The notes beneath the pieces are model-generated. The model was not told the DNA's origin. It saw only the letters and a program-made list of their open reading frames with translations, and ran no database searches. The translations under genes were made by a program, and so were the position numbers. 64,000 nucleotides of DNA, from sequence record NC_061445.1. One strand, 5' to 3'. Shown piece by piece: positions 46,490-55,330 of the stretch. Numbering within the stretch: position 1 is the first letter of the stretch; the number at the start of each line of letters is the position of its first letter.

Positions 46490-47759
46490 TCACGTATTCA
46501 ACCACGACGAGAAGCAATTGCTTTTGAAGGTGGCTGAGTCTAAATATCTGGTGCGGCTAGACTGCCCCGACTATTTGAAGAAGTCGAAACACGCGATTGA
46601 GATCAGACATACTGTGACCAACCGTGGCGAGCAACGTCGAAGCGGTACGATAACAACCGCATTCGTACCGCGCATTCATTCTGCGACTGTGCAGCGACTG
46701 GTACGTGAAGTGCGAGACAGCCAAAGCAAAAGCGCGTCTGAGGGACTCGCTGCGTTATTCGAGTTAGGCCTGGGTGTGCCGAAGCAACGTGATATCGCAA
46801 CGTACCTGCGCGACTACTCGCGTGAGAACGATAAGAAGGGTGTGGGTATCAAGTATATCCGCAAACTGATTAACGAGTATCATCGCAAGCACCGTCATAG
46901 TTTTGCTGGCAGTCGCTGGTTGATGCCCGCTGCGTATACAGCGAACATGCTCAACATGCAGTCGTTCATTCATCTGAAAGAGAACGGTTACTCGAAGAAA
47001 GTCAAAGTACCCGACGGCGTTCCTGTGATCTTCATCTATCAGAACACGAACCACGAGAATGCAACGTACAGCCTGTGTGACGCATTCGTGATTAGCCCGC
47101 TCGGTTACCCGATGCCGTTCGCTCAAATCGCGTTGCGCCCTGAGTTCAAAGCTGCGCCGAAAGAGTTCAGCTCGAAAGCGTTTCGTGGTAAGAGCATGTA
47201 CGCTATGGTAATGGGTGTGCTGCACTGGGAGAAGGGCGATGCGCTCGATAACTTCCGTGAGCTGGTGGAGATTGACGACGAGCCGTATCTGACGTTGCTT
47301 AGTGATGAACGTTATGCTGATCGTCGTTCGCCTGAGTATCAAGCTCTACTGGACGAACGTGCTGCGATGAATGCGAAGCGCCAGAAGTGGAGTGACGTGA
47401 TTGCGAAGTATGGCAACACGACACGCACACTCAAGCCAGAACAGGCTGAGCGTCTGGCAAAAGCCGAAGCATTCTTCATTAAGCGCAAAGAGTTCTTGGA
47501 CGCTTTCGACAAGTTCGAAAAGAAAGAGAACAGCAAAGCCGCCCGTAAGTTTGCTGCCGCATCTGCATCGTTCGCTGCTGTTGATTGTGGTGTTGTGATT
47601 GACCGAACAACGTATCGCTCTGTGTCGTCAGGCTTGGATGTTGTGAACAAGATTCTCACTCGCTGGGGATTCACGACAATCAACACTGTCGATAGTAGTC
47701 AGAAGAAATCCATTTTAACCTATGACCTGAAAAATGCAAGTCGCATTTGGTCTCTGTAA
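46479..47759 (+). CDS. Basic hypothetical protein
   Basis: 426-aa ORF. Confidence 0.8.
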   Translation: MFYDHVFNHDEKQLLLKVAESKYLVRLDCPDYLKKSKHAIEIRHTVTNRGEQRRSGTITTAFVPRIHSATVQRLVREVRDSQSKSASEGLAALFELGLGVPKQRDIATYLRDYSRENDKKGVGIKYIRKLINEYHRKHRHSFAGSRWLMPAAYTANMLNMQSFIHLKENGYSKKVKVPDGVPVIFIYQNTNHENATYSLCDAFVISPLGYPMPFAQIALRPEFKAAPKEFSSKAFRGKSMYAMVMGVLHWEKGDALDNFRELVEIDDEPYLTLLSDERYADRRSPEYQALLDERAAMNAKRQKWSDVIAKYGNTTRTLKPEQAERLAKAEAFFIKRKEFLDAFDKFEKKENSKAARKFAAASASFAAVDCGVVIDRTTYRSVSSGLDVVNKILTRWGFTTINTVDSSQKKSILTYDLKNASRIWSL

Positions 47760-47785
47760 ACAACTTATCTGAGGAGATAACGCAC

Positions 47786-50700
47786 ATGTCTAATAACAAT
47801 CTGGGTGGCGCTGCTGCTTTTGGCTCTGAGACACAAAAGCATCTGTCCGAACAACAACGCCGCGCTTCATCGTCTGAAAGCGGTCACGTAAACAAATGCA
47901 CAATCGTTGTGCTGACCTCGCTTAATGCTCATAATCGTTTCTCGTGGATGACGGCAGACGAGCAACTGAAAGAAAAGCAGATCGAAGGTAAAGTGCTCGA
48001 CCGTTTGCCAAAACTGATCGAACGTGCGACTGGCCCGTCTACTGACACGAACAGCGCGTACTTCATTTTGCACCCAAACAACGGTGTGCCTACTCGCATT
48101 GACGAGCGTATCAAAGTCGGCGAAGGCGATGCAGTAATCGTTTCATATACTGTAAACAAAGCAGTGTCTGAAATGCACGGTAGTTTATCGCTTGCTCTGT
48201 TTAGCGCGGGTGAAACTGACCTGGCTGATCTGGCATCTGAGTATGGCATCCACACCATCTCGATTGTCGAAGAAAGCAAAGCTGGTCCGTTCATCAAAGC
48301 GCTCGCCGCACAGGTGGAAGCTCTGCAAACTGTAAATATCAGTAGCATTGACGAAACTGATGGTGCGTTCGAAAAAGCGGTAATTGACTACAGCGTTCTG
48401 CCGGGTAACCCTGTAACTGTACTGACCGGCGCTGTGCGTACCTTCATCATGCAAACTATTAGTGGCGAAGTCTTCGCTGCAATCCCCAATAACGGAGAAC
48501 TGAACGTGAAACAACCTACCACTGCACCGATTGTCGACCTGAGCGAAGACTTCGACGAAGGTGATGAAATCATCGACCAGAACGAAGGCGACAATGACGG
48601 TGAAGCTACCGGTACTGATCTGCTGGGCTACAAAGCAGAAACTCTGACTATCGAACAGATGGTCGAAGCGCTCGAAGCGCTGGAGTACGATGTGTCTGCG
48701 ATGAGCGAAGAAGGTATTCGTGAATCGTTCCTCACTGAGCAGGAACTCTGGTTGAGCAGCAACGATCAGTCTGCCACTGACGACGAAGAAGAAGAAGACG
48801 GTGAAGAAGTTGACGGCGATGCCGAAGACGAAGAAGCCGAAGAGGACAGCGAAGAAGAAGAGTTTGACGCTGTGCAATTCCTCGCTTCTGTGCTGGTTGC
48901 CGAAGAACTGGATCGTGACGGCCTGAAAGTTCTGATTCGTACTCAAGACCTGAAGGTCATGAAGTCTGACACCGTCGAAACTCTGACTGCCAAACTGCTT
49001 GAGCTGGTCGAAGGCGCTACCGAAGAAGAGATGGTAGAAACGCTGAACACCTTCGTAGCTGCTCTGCAAGAGCGTGGCATCGACTGTCCAAACATGCTGG
49101 CCGCTCTGTCTTCTGATGAAGAAGACGAAGAAGAAGAAGTTGACGGCGAATCCGAAGAAGAGGAAGAAGAAGATTCTTCCGAAAGCGCGGACGAAGAAGA
49201 AGACGAAGACGACATTCAGGCGCAAATCGACGCTGTGACTGATCCTCTCGACTACTTCGCTTTCGCCGGCGGTATGCTTGATGCCGAACAGCGTTCTGCC
49301 GCAGTTGCTGCGATGGGCGAAGACACCACGAACATGACCATTGTTCAGGTGATGAAAGCGTTCACCCGTATTCAAAGCCAGACCAATACTCTGGACATTG
49401 AAGCCGAAGCGCACGACGAAGACGCAGAAGACGCGTCAAACGTTGACACTCTGACCGAGCTGCTGGGTCAGTATGACGAAGACACCGTTGAGCACGTAGC
49501 TGGCGCTCTGGGTATCGACACTGCTGGTTGCGAAAACGTAGACGAAGTAATTGCTGCAATCGCAGACGGCGGTAGCGAAGAAGACTTCGCAGTAATCGAA
49601 GCGCTGGCAACCGACCTGGGTGTTGACCTGTCAGAAGTTGCTGACGGCGATCAGCTGGATTATGTTGACGCTGTGCTCGCTGTGCTGCCGGTGTACTTCG
49701 AAGACTCAGACGAAGACGACACCGAGCAGGAAGAAGAGTCCGACGAAGAAGTTGAAGACGAAGGCGATAACGAACACGAGCAAGCTGCCGAAGGCGATGA
49801 CGCTAACGATAGCATGAAGTTCGTCACTGACGTTGACACCGAAAACTCTGTCGGCCCGATGCTGTCTGTCGATATGGACCAGACGCTGATCATCAACTAC
49901 ACCCTGACCGACGGTGACACCTACTCTGCAATCGAAAGCGAGCTGGCTGATATCGAAGGTGTTAACTACCGCTTCCCGTTCAACCTGGGTAAAGCCGGTA
50001 AAGCGCAGGGCTCTATGCACCTGCCAGCGCAGTCTCTGCTGGAAATCTGCGAACGTGTTAAAACAACTCGTTTCCTCGCTGACCCGAACTCGTTCGATGT
50101 TGCTGTGTGGTCTAGCAGCCTTGAGCAAACTCTGGAGCAGGAAATCCGTGCTGCGCTGTACGCCGGTCGTATCGAAGAAGGTATGGACCCAAGCGAAGCG
50201 GGCATCGTAGTTGGTGACTTCATCGACGACGAAGAAATGCGTGAAGCGATGGAACTCGGTCACATCGACCCGTCGCAGTACGACGAACTGCAGGGTGAGC
50301 GTCTGCCGATTGAAAGCCTGTATAGCGCACGTACTCGCGTTCGCCCAGTTCAGGTTGACACTGCACACGTTGCACTGCACACCACCGTGCTGAACATCGC
50401 GCTGCCGGGCTTCTGGGGTGATCAGTCTGTTGCACGTATGATGCAGGGCGCAGTTAACCGCGTCATCGCTCAGGCGCAGTCTACCGAAGGCATCAAAGTG
50501 TACGCTGGCTTCACTATGGAATCTGCTGCACTGGTCAACAACGACCGCCTGTTTGAAGCGCTGGAAACTCTGCGTAGCTTCGACGGTGTTCAGTCTTACT
50601 CTGCCGCTGATGCTGCAAACTTCGACGACGCCGAAGATGTTATCGAAGTAGCGTCTGCACTGGACACTCGCGACCTGCCGTTGTCTGTGCTGTCTGGTGG

Positions 50701-50815
50701 CCTGGCCGCTGCAACGTTCGACAACGGCGGTGACCTGACCATTCTGATTCCGTGCTCTGTCGAAGAAGAAGACGAGCTGGACGAAGAAGCAGAAGACGAA
50801 GGCGACGACGAGTAA
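47786..50815 (+). CDS. Giant (about 1009-aa) hyper-acidic protein with repeated helical modules
   Basis: Several D/E tracts alternate with HeH-like units; SD hairpin TTATCT-GAGG-AGATAA. Confidence 0.85.
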   Translation: MSNNNLGGAAAFGSETQKHLSEQQRRASSSESGHVNKCTIVVLTSLNAHNRFSWMTADEQLKEKQIEGKVLDRLPKLIERATGPSTDTNSAYFILHPNNGVPTRIDERIKVGEGDAVIVSYTVNKAVSEMHGSLSLALFSAGETDLADLASEYGIHTISIVEESKAGPFIKALAAQVEALQTVNISSIDETDGAFEKAVIDYSVLPGNPVTVLTGAVRTFIMQTISGEVFAAIPNNGELNVKQPTTAPIVDLSEDFDEGDEIIDQNEGDNDGEATGTDLLGYKAETLTIEQMVEALEALEYDVSAMSEEGIRESFLTEQELWLSSNDQSATDDEEEEDGEEVDGDAEDEEAEEDSEEEEFDAVQFLASVLVAEELDRDGLKVLIRTQDLKVMKSDTVETLTAKLLELVEGATEEEMVETLNTFVAALQERGIDCPNMLAALSSDEEDEEEEVDGESEEEEEEDSSESADEEEDEDDIQAQIDAVTDPLDYFAFAGGMLDAEQRSAAVAAMGEDTTNMTIVQVMKAFTRIQSQTNTLDIEAEAHDEDAEDASNVDTLTELLGQYDEDTVEHVAGALGIDTAGCENVDEVIAAIADGGSEEDFAVIEALATDLGVDLSEVADGDQLDYVDAVLAVLPVYFEDSDEDDTEQEEESDEEVEDEGDNEHEQAAEGDDANDSMKFVTDVDTENSVGPMLSVDMDQTLIINYTLTDGDTYSAIESELADIEGVNYRFPFNLGKAGKAQGSMHLPAQSLLEICERVKTTRFLADPNSFDVAVWSSSLEQTLEQEIRAALYAGRIEEGMDPSEAGIVVGDFIDDEEMREAMELGHIDPSQYDELQGERLPIESLYSARTRVRPVQVDTAHVALHTTVLNIALPGFWGDQSVARMMQGAVNRVIAQAQSTEGIKVYAGFTMESAALVNNDRLFEALETLRSFDGVQSYSAADAANFDDAEDVIEVASALDTRDLPLSVLSGGLAAATFDNGGDLTILIPCSVEEEDELDEEAEDEGDDE

Positions 50816-50828
50816 TATCGTCTGATTG

Positions 50829-50858
50829 AGCGGCTCGAAAGGGCCGCTTACCTTTCTT
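50829..50858 (+). terminator. Intrinsic terminator
   Basis: GAGCGGCTC-GAAA-GGGCCGCTT followed by ACCTTTCTT. Confidence 0.7.
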
Positions 50859-50872
50859 GGGGATCTGTAAAC

Positions 50873-51703
50873 ATGACACAAGAAGTAGACCACGGCGCTA
50901 ACATTGTACAGATGATTACTGCCCGTGACGATAAAATCCGCGAACTGACTGAAAGCAACGAACAGACTGCTGGCCGCAACGAAGATGTTGAAGCCGAGTT
51001 GCAGGAACTGTCCCGCGATCATCTGGCGCTCAAAATCAAACTGCGTAGTACCGAGCGTGAGCACACCGCTGAAATCGCACTACGCGATGAGCGCATTCGT
51101 GAAGTTGTTGGATTCTGCAATGAGCAGTCCCAACAAATTCGTGAACTGCAAGCAGAACTCGAATCTGTAAAGAATAGTCAGACACCGATGAGTGTAACGC
51201 AGCATGCCCTGCATACAATCATGACCGCTGGTGTTAGCAAGTATCATGCTATCGTTGCGCAGTTAGCCCAGCATAGCGTGAACAACGATTCAAACAAATC
51301 GCGGCGCGCTATCAATACGCTGTATCAAACCGATACCGTGACAGCGCATCCCTCGATGTACCGCGCAATTGCTCGCTACGTTAATGCCTCAGGTAGTACG
51401 CTACCATCGGTAGACGCACTGCGTAAAGCGATTCGCCAGTACATCGTCGATAACCACGACCTCTTCTACAAAGATGCTGAGTACGAGTTATCGCGGTTGG
51501 CACTACGTGAAGTCTGGGTGATGAAACGCAACCCTGCGCACCTGGGTTTTGCTGCACGTAATATCTGTCAGGCGTTCGATTGGTTACCCGCTGCATACAA
51601 CGATGACCTCGATATGCTTGACGACGAAAGTGAGTATGAAGATTTATTTGTCGATTCTGTTGCGAAAATTTGTACGCATTTGATTGACGATAGCTTTAAA
51701 TAA
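50873..51703 (+). CDS. Coiled-coil hypothetical protein
   Basis: Heptad-rich N-terminal half. Confidence 0.75.
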   Translation: MTQEVDHGANIVQMITARDDKIRELTESNEQTAGRNEDVEAELQELSRDHLALKIKLRSTEREHTAEIALRDERIREVVGFCNEQSQQIRELQAELESVKNSQTPMSVTQHALHTIMTAGVSKYHAIVAQLAQHSVNNDSNKSRRAINTLYQTDTVTAHPSMYRAIARYVNASGSTLPSVDALRKAIRQYIVDNHDLFYKDAEYELSRLALREVWVMKRNPAHLGFAARNICQAFDWLPAAYNDDLDMLDDESEYEDLFVDSVAKICTHLIDDSFK

Positions 51704-51705
51704 AT

Positions 51706-51739
51706 CTGTAAAACTTTCCTGCAATCGAATCTGTAAACA
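51706..51739 (+). promoter_or_regulatory. Tandem CTGTAAA motifs (candidate late promoters)
   Basis: AAATCTGTAAAAC 51706 and AATCTGTAAACA 51731. Confidence 0.55.
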
Positions 51740-51796
51740 CTAATTGAAGTTCGAACCGAGCACTACGCTCAAACTAATACATCCCGGAGTATTACA

Positions 51797-52342
51797 ATGT
51801 CTAAAGTTGCAAAGAACAGTTCACTGGTTCCTACCCTGGCTCAACGTATCGCTAAGAAGTCTGGCTCTATCGGTACTTCAAAAGTTAAGCCGTCTGAGCT
51901 GCCGCACGACATTCTGATCGAAAGCGTTCACGCTGTTGAGCTGATTGGCTTCATCACTGACCGCACCGAAAACAGCGTTACCATTCGTCACAAACGTGGC
52001 TTTGGTTCTTCTGCGCAAATCGTTTCTACTTTCGGTCCTAACCAAATCCTGTCTGTCCTGGGTGAAGCCGGTACGCACGGTAGCGTTACTGCTCTGATCT
52101 CTGCTCCGATTCGTGAGTACAAAGGCTTCAAAGTTAAATACGTTGGCTCCATGATCCACGCGACCTCCGTTGAAACCGGTGAAGTTGTTCAGATCAATAC
52201 CGCGCTGCCTGGTTACACCGTGCGTCCTACCGTGAACGAAACTGCTGCTGCTAAAAAGTACGGCACCCCGGCGCCAGCCAAAGCTGCTAAGAAAGACAAA
52301 GCAGAAAAATCTGGCAAGCTGGCCAAGAAAGTAAAAAAGTAA
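51797..52342 (+). CDS. Beta-rich hypothetical protein with a Lys/Ala tail
   Basis: GGAG SD; tail PAPAKAAKKDKAEK. Confidence 0.8.
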   Translation: MSKVAKNSSLVPTLAQRIAKKSGSIGTSKVKPSELPHDILIESVHAVELIGFITDRTENSVTIRHKRGFGSSAQIVSTFGPNQILSVLGEAGTHGSVTALISAPIREYKGFKVKYVGSMIHATSVETGEVVQINTALPGYTVRPTVNETAAAKKYGTPAPAKAAKKDKAEKSGKLAKKVKK

Positions 52343-52380
52343 TAAAGTCTGACGAAGACTTTTAACTGACTTTCTGAAAT

Positions 52381-52446
52381 CTGTAAATATTAAGTATGCA
52401 GCGAGATAAAAAGTTCTCGCTGCCTGTCTCTCGAAATCTGTAAATA
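52381..52446 (+). promoter_or_regulatory. Tandem CTGTAAATA motifs around a hairpin
   Basis: GAAATCTGTAAATATTAA twice (52381, 52438); GCAGCGAG..CTCGCTGC between them. Confidence 0.6.
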
Positions 52447-52491
52447 TTAATTGAAGCAACGTCGCTTCTACTCAAACAGGAAATAAATACC

Positions 52492-53265
52492 ATGGCTAAA
52501 GCAACCGCAAATACCGCAGCAATCGTTCTGGCTAAAATGCTGGGCGTAGTTATCGAAAGCGCCGATGCGAAAGAAATCGCAGCAATTCTGAAAGAAGCCG
52601 GTCTGACTGTCTCTGGCGGTAAAGTGGTAAAAGCTGAAAAAGGCGGTAAAGCTGCTAAAGGCAAAAAGGCTAAAGCGCCTACCGTTGCTGAAATCGTCGC
52701 TGCTGTTAAAGACGAAGAAGAACTGGACATCTCCGGCGTTGACGAAGATACTCTGCGCGAAGCAGTGATCAAAGCCAAGCTGTCTACCAAGAAAAAGGCA
52801 GGCGCGCTGGACGAAGATGAACTGCGCGAACTGCTGAACGACAACCTGGGCGGCGAGTCCGAAGAGGACGAAGACGACGAAGAAGAAGAAGAGGACGAGG
52901 ACGAAGACGACTCGGACGACGAAGATGAAGACGGCGACGACGACGAAGACGAAGACGACGACTCTGATGATGAAGAAGAGGACGAAGACGACGAAGACGG
53001 CGACGACGAAGAAGAGGACGAAGACGACGAGGACGAAGATGATGAAGACGCCCTCGACCTCGACGACCTCGACAAGAAAGAGCTGTTAGCTCTGGTCCTG
53101 GAACACAAGCTCGCGCCGAAGAAAAAGGCGTCTAAGATGGACGAAGACGAACTGCGCGAACTGTGCGAATCTCACTTCGGCGGTGACGACGAAGAAGACG
53201 ACGAAGACGAAGATGAAGACGACGAAGACTTCGACGACGAAGACGAAGACGAAGACGACGAGTAA
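52492..53265 (+). CDS. Poly-acidic protein with two HeH modules
   Basis: VDEDTLREAVIKAKLSTKKKAGALDEDELRELL and LDKKELLALVLEHKLAPKKKASKMDEDELRELC, separated by about 65 nearly pure D/E residues. Confidence 0.85.
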   Translation: MAKATANTAAIVLAKMLGVVIESADAKEIAAILKEAGLTVSGGKVVKAEKGGKAAKGKKAKAPTVAEIVAAVKDEEELDISGVDEDTLREAVIKAKLSTKKKAGALDEDELRELLNDNLGGESEEDEDDEEEEEDEDEDDSDDEDEDGDDDEDEDDDSDDEEEDEDDEDGDDEEEDEDDEDEDDEDALDLDDLDKKELLALVLEHKLAPKKKASKMDEDELRELCESHFGGDDEEDDEDEDEDDEDFDDEDEDEDDE

Positions 53266-53483
53266 TATCATCTGATCTCCGGCGCGCCCCTCTAGTTCTG
53301 ACGAATGAGCGAGGGGCAAATATTCGATAAAATATTTCGAATATTTTTGTAAAAAGTTTCAAAATTTCTTGCAGACGTATGTTGAATATAATAATGTACG
53401 TCTACAGGAAATCAAAACCTGAACAAATTTATCTTTTCATCCAGCGGTGAAAACGCCGCATCAAAACAAAGTAAGGAAATCCA

Positions 53484-54002
53484 ATGAGCAAGAAAATCGT
53501 TAGCGGCCTGAACAAAGAAATCCGCGCCCTGGACAAGTCTGAGAAAAACCTGGTTAAAACTGCTGCTGGCCTGACCAAAGAAGCAGAAGCGATCGCTGAA
53601 CGTCGCGCTAACCTGACTGCCCAGGTTGAAGCTCTGCAAACTGGCGGTGACGCTGCTCCAGCTAAAGCTGCTAAGCCTGCGAAAGCAGACAAGAAAGCTA
53701 AAGCTGAAAAAGCGGCCAAGCCTGCTAAAGCAGAAAAAGCTGGTAAGAAGGCTAAAGCTGAGAAAGCTGAGAAGCCTGCCAAAGCTGAAAAAGCTGGTAA
53801 GAAAGCTAAAGCAGAAAAAGCTGAAAAGCCTGCTAAAGCTGACAAGAAAGCTAAAGCTGCTAAGGCAGACAAAAAATCCGCTAAGCCTGCCAAAGCTGAA
53901 AAAGCTGGCAAGAAAGCAAAAGCTGAAAAGCCGGCCAAAGCTGATAAAAAAGCTAAAGGCAAAAAGAAAGAAGCCGAAGACTTCGACTTCGATATGGAAT
54001 AA
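53484..54002 (+). CDS. Histone H1-like (AlgP/Hc2-type) Lys/Ala repeat DNA-binding protein
   Basis: N-terminal coiled coil, repeated KPAKAEKAGKKAKAE units, acidic tail EAEDFDFDME. Confidence 0.85.
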   Translation: MSKKIVSGLNKEIRALDKSEKNLVKTAAGLTKEAEAIAERRANLTAQVEALQTGGDAAPAKAAKPAKADKKAKAEKAAKPAKAEKAGKKAKAEKAEKPAKAEKAGKKAKAEKAEKPAKADKKAKAAKADKKSAKPAKAEKAGKKAKAEKPAKADKKAKGKKKEAEDFDFDME

Positions 54003-54036
54003 GCAAGTAATCGCGCACTAGCGGTCACTTGATCGA

Positions 54037-54068
54037 AAGGGCAGCGCTGACGAGCGTTTGCCCTTTTG
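54037..54068 (+). terminator. Intrinsic terminator
   Basis: AAAGGGCAGCGC-TGACGA-GCGTTTGCCCTTTT. Confidence 0.7.
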
Positions 54069-54101
54069 TCATATCTGTCTCGAATTTTTTGAGGTTACCC
54101 A

Positions 54102-54596
54102 ATGTCTGCTGAACATCTTCTCAATGACGACCTACCAGACGATACTCGCGTCGTTAACGTTCCCCAAACAAAAGAAAAGCCTAGCTACTACGAGCTAATG
54201 TCTCTGCGCTTAGAAGCTGGTGCACGTCTTTCCCGCGCTATCAAAACGTTACGTGATGCTAACGTTCTCCCAACATCTGGCACTGGTTCAACGCTTCTCG
54301 CTGCTGCTCTAGACGTAGCCGAACGTCACTTCGCTGATATCTGCATGGGACTTGTTCCTGTTCGTGACGGTGCTGACGTATGCACAATCAAAATGCGTGA
54401 AGACCTTCCCGCGTGTGTCGAAGCGTTTCGTATTATCGTCATGGAACATGCGCAACGTGAAGCCCTTGAGCGTGAGTGCCGCAACATGATCGCTGACGGT
54501 AACGGCTTCAAGATTCTCACTCAGCCTCAAGTGCTGCACATCGAAAACAAACACGTCTGTAATGAGGACTGCAATCATGGGCCAGAAACTGTCTGA
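54102..54596 (+). CDS. Hypothetical protein
   Basis: GAGGT SD. Confidence 0.75.
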   Translation: MSAEHLLNDDLPDDTRVVNVPQTKEKPSYYELMSLRLEAGARLSRAIKTLRDANVLPTSGTGSTLLAAALDVAERHFADICMGLVPVRDGADVCTIKMREDLPACVEAFRIIVMEHAQREALERECRNMIADGNGFKILTQPQVLHIENKHVCNEDCNHGPETV

Positions 54597-55323
54597 GCAA
54601 ATCAACCGCTATTTCAATCTCATGGAGAAAATCCGTGAGCAAATGTACCGCGTACTGCCTGTATCTAATCGCTACCTGTGTGTAGTAAGTTTCAGCACTC
54701 AACTACAGGCACTCCAGTGTGTGCTTGTAAGCAAAGAGTCGCTCATGGAAGCGAAGCTCATTGAAGGCCTAACGGGGCAAGAGCTGATCACCTATGGTCA
54801 GTACATGAGAACAGCCGAAGAGTGGGTCGCCAACGGTATGCAAGATGATTACCCGTTCACTCAGGATAAAGATGTGTACGAGGAGTACCGCAGCCTGACA
54901 CGCGACGAACAGATGCCTGTTCCTGAAATGGATGATGGCGAAGAAGATGATCTCGACGTACAGGAGATGGACGATCTGCGTACATCAATTCTCTGCGCCG
55001 ACAAAGCCACACTGATGCAGATGTTTGCTGACGAAGGCTTAGGTACAAAAGGAACTGCTGCTGATATGGATGTGGGTCAGTTGCAGGATGCTCTGTGCGA
55101 TCACTATGGCCTTAACCCGGATGTTGGCGTCAAAGTTGTTGACGTTGTTGGTGCGTTGGTTGAGCGTTTAGAAAACATGCCTAAACACGAAGCTCTGAAA
55201 GAAGCGCATCACCTGACAAAAGAGGAACTGCTCAGTCTCGCAGACGCATGGGGAATTGAGAAAGACGCACACGAAAGCACAATGCGCTCTCTGATTAAGG
55301 GTCATATACTGCGCCGTACTTAA
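54577..55323 (+). CDS. Protein with two C-terminal HeH-like modules
   Basis: ADKATLMQMFADEGLGTKGTAADMDVGQLQDALCDHY and LTKEELLSLADAWGIEKDAHESTMRSLI. Confidence 0.75.
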   Translation: MGQKLSEQINRYFNLMEKIREQMYRVLPVSNRYLCVVSFSTQLQALQCVLVSKESLMEAKLIEGLTGQELITYGQYMRTAEEWVANGMQDDYPFTQDKDVYEEYRSLTRDEQMPVPEMDDGEEDDLDVQEMDDLRTSILCADKATLMQMFADEGLGTKGTAADMDVGQLQDALCDHYGLNPDVGVKVVDVVGALVERLENMPKHEALKEAHHLTKEELLSLADAWGIEKDAHESTMRSLIKGHILRRT

Positions 55324-55330
55324 CTCAAAC

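Noticed and set aside
6952-47780. SD hairpins as canonical CsrA/RsmA sites
   Set aside because: The consensus CANGGANG places GGA one position differently from C-UGAGGA-G here. Kept only as one hypothesis.
42655-53639. Long minus-strand ORFs, including poly-Ser and poly-Phe ones (42655..44388, 48185..49414, 52362..53108, 53429..54028)
   Set aside because: They are antisense shadows of GAA/GAC-rich acidic genes and AAA/GCT-rich basic genes, with no SDs or motifs, against a uniform + strand gene order.
42727-55323. Phage nucleus shell (ChmA) or PhuZ tubulin
   Set aside because: No tubulin signature (GGGTGSG) and no recognisable ChmA features; the proteins are low-complexity and acidic.
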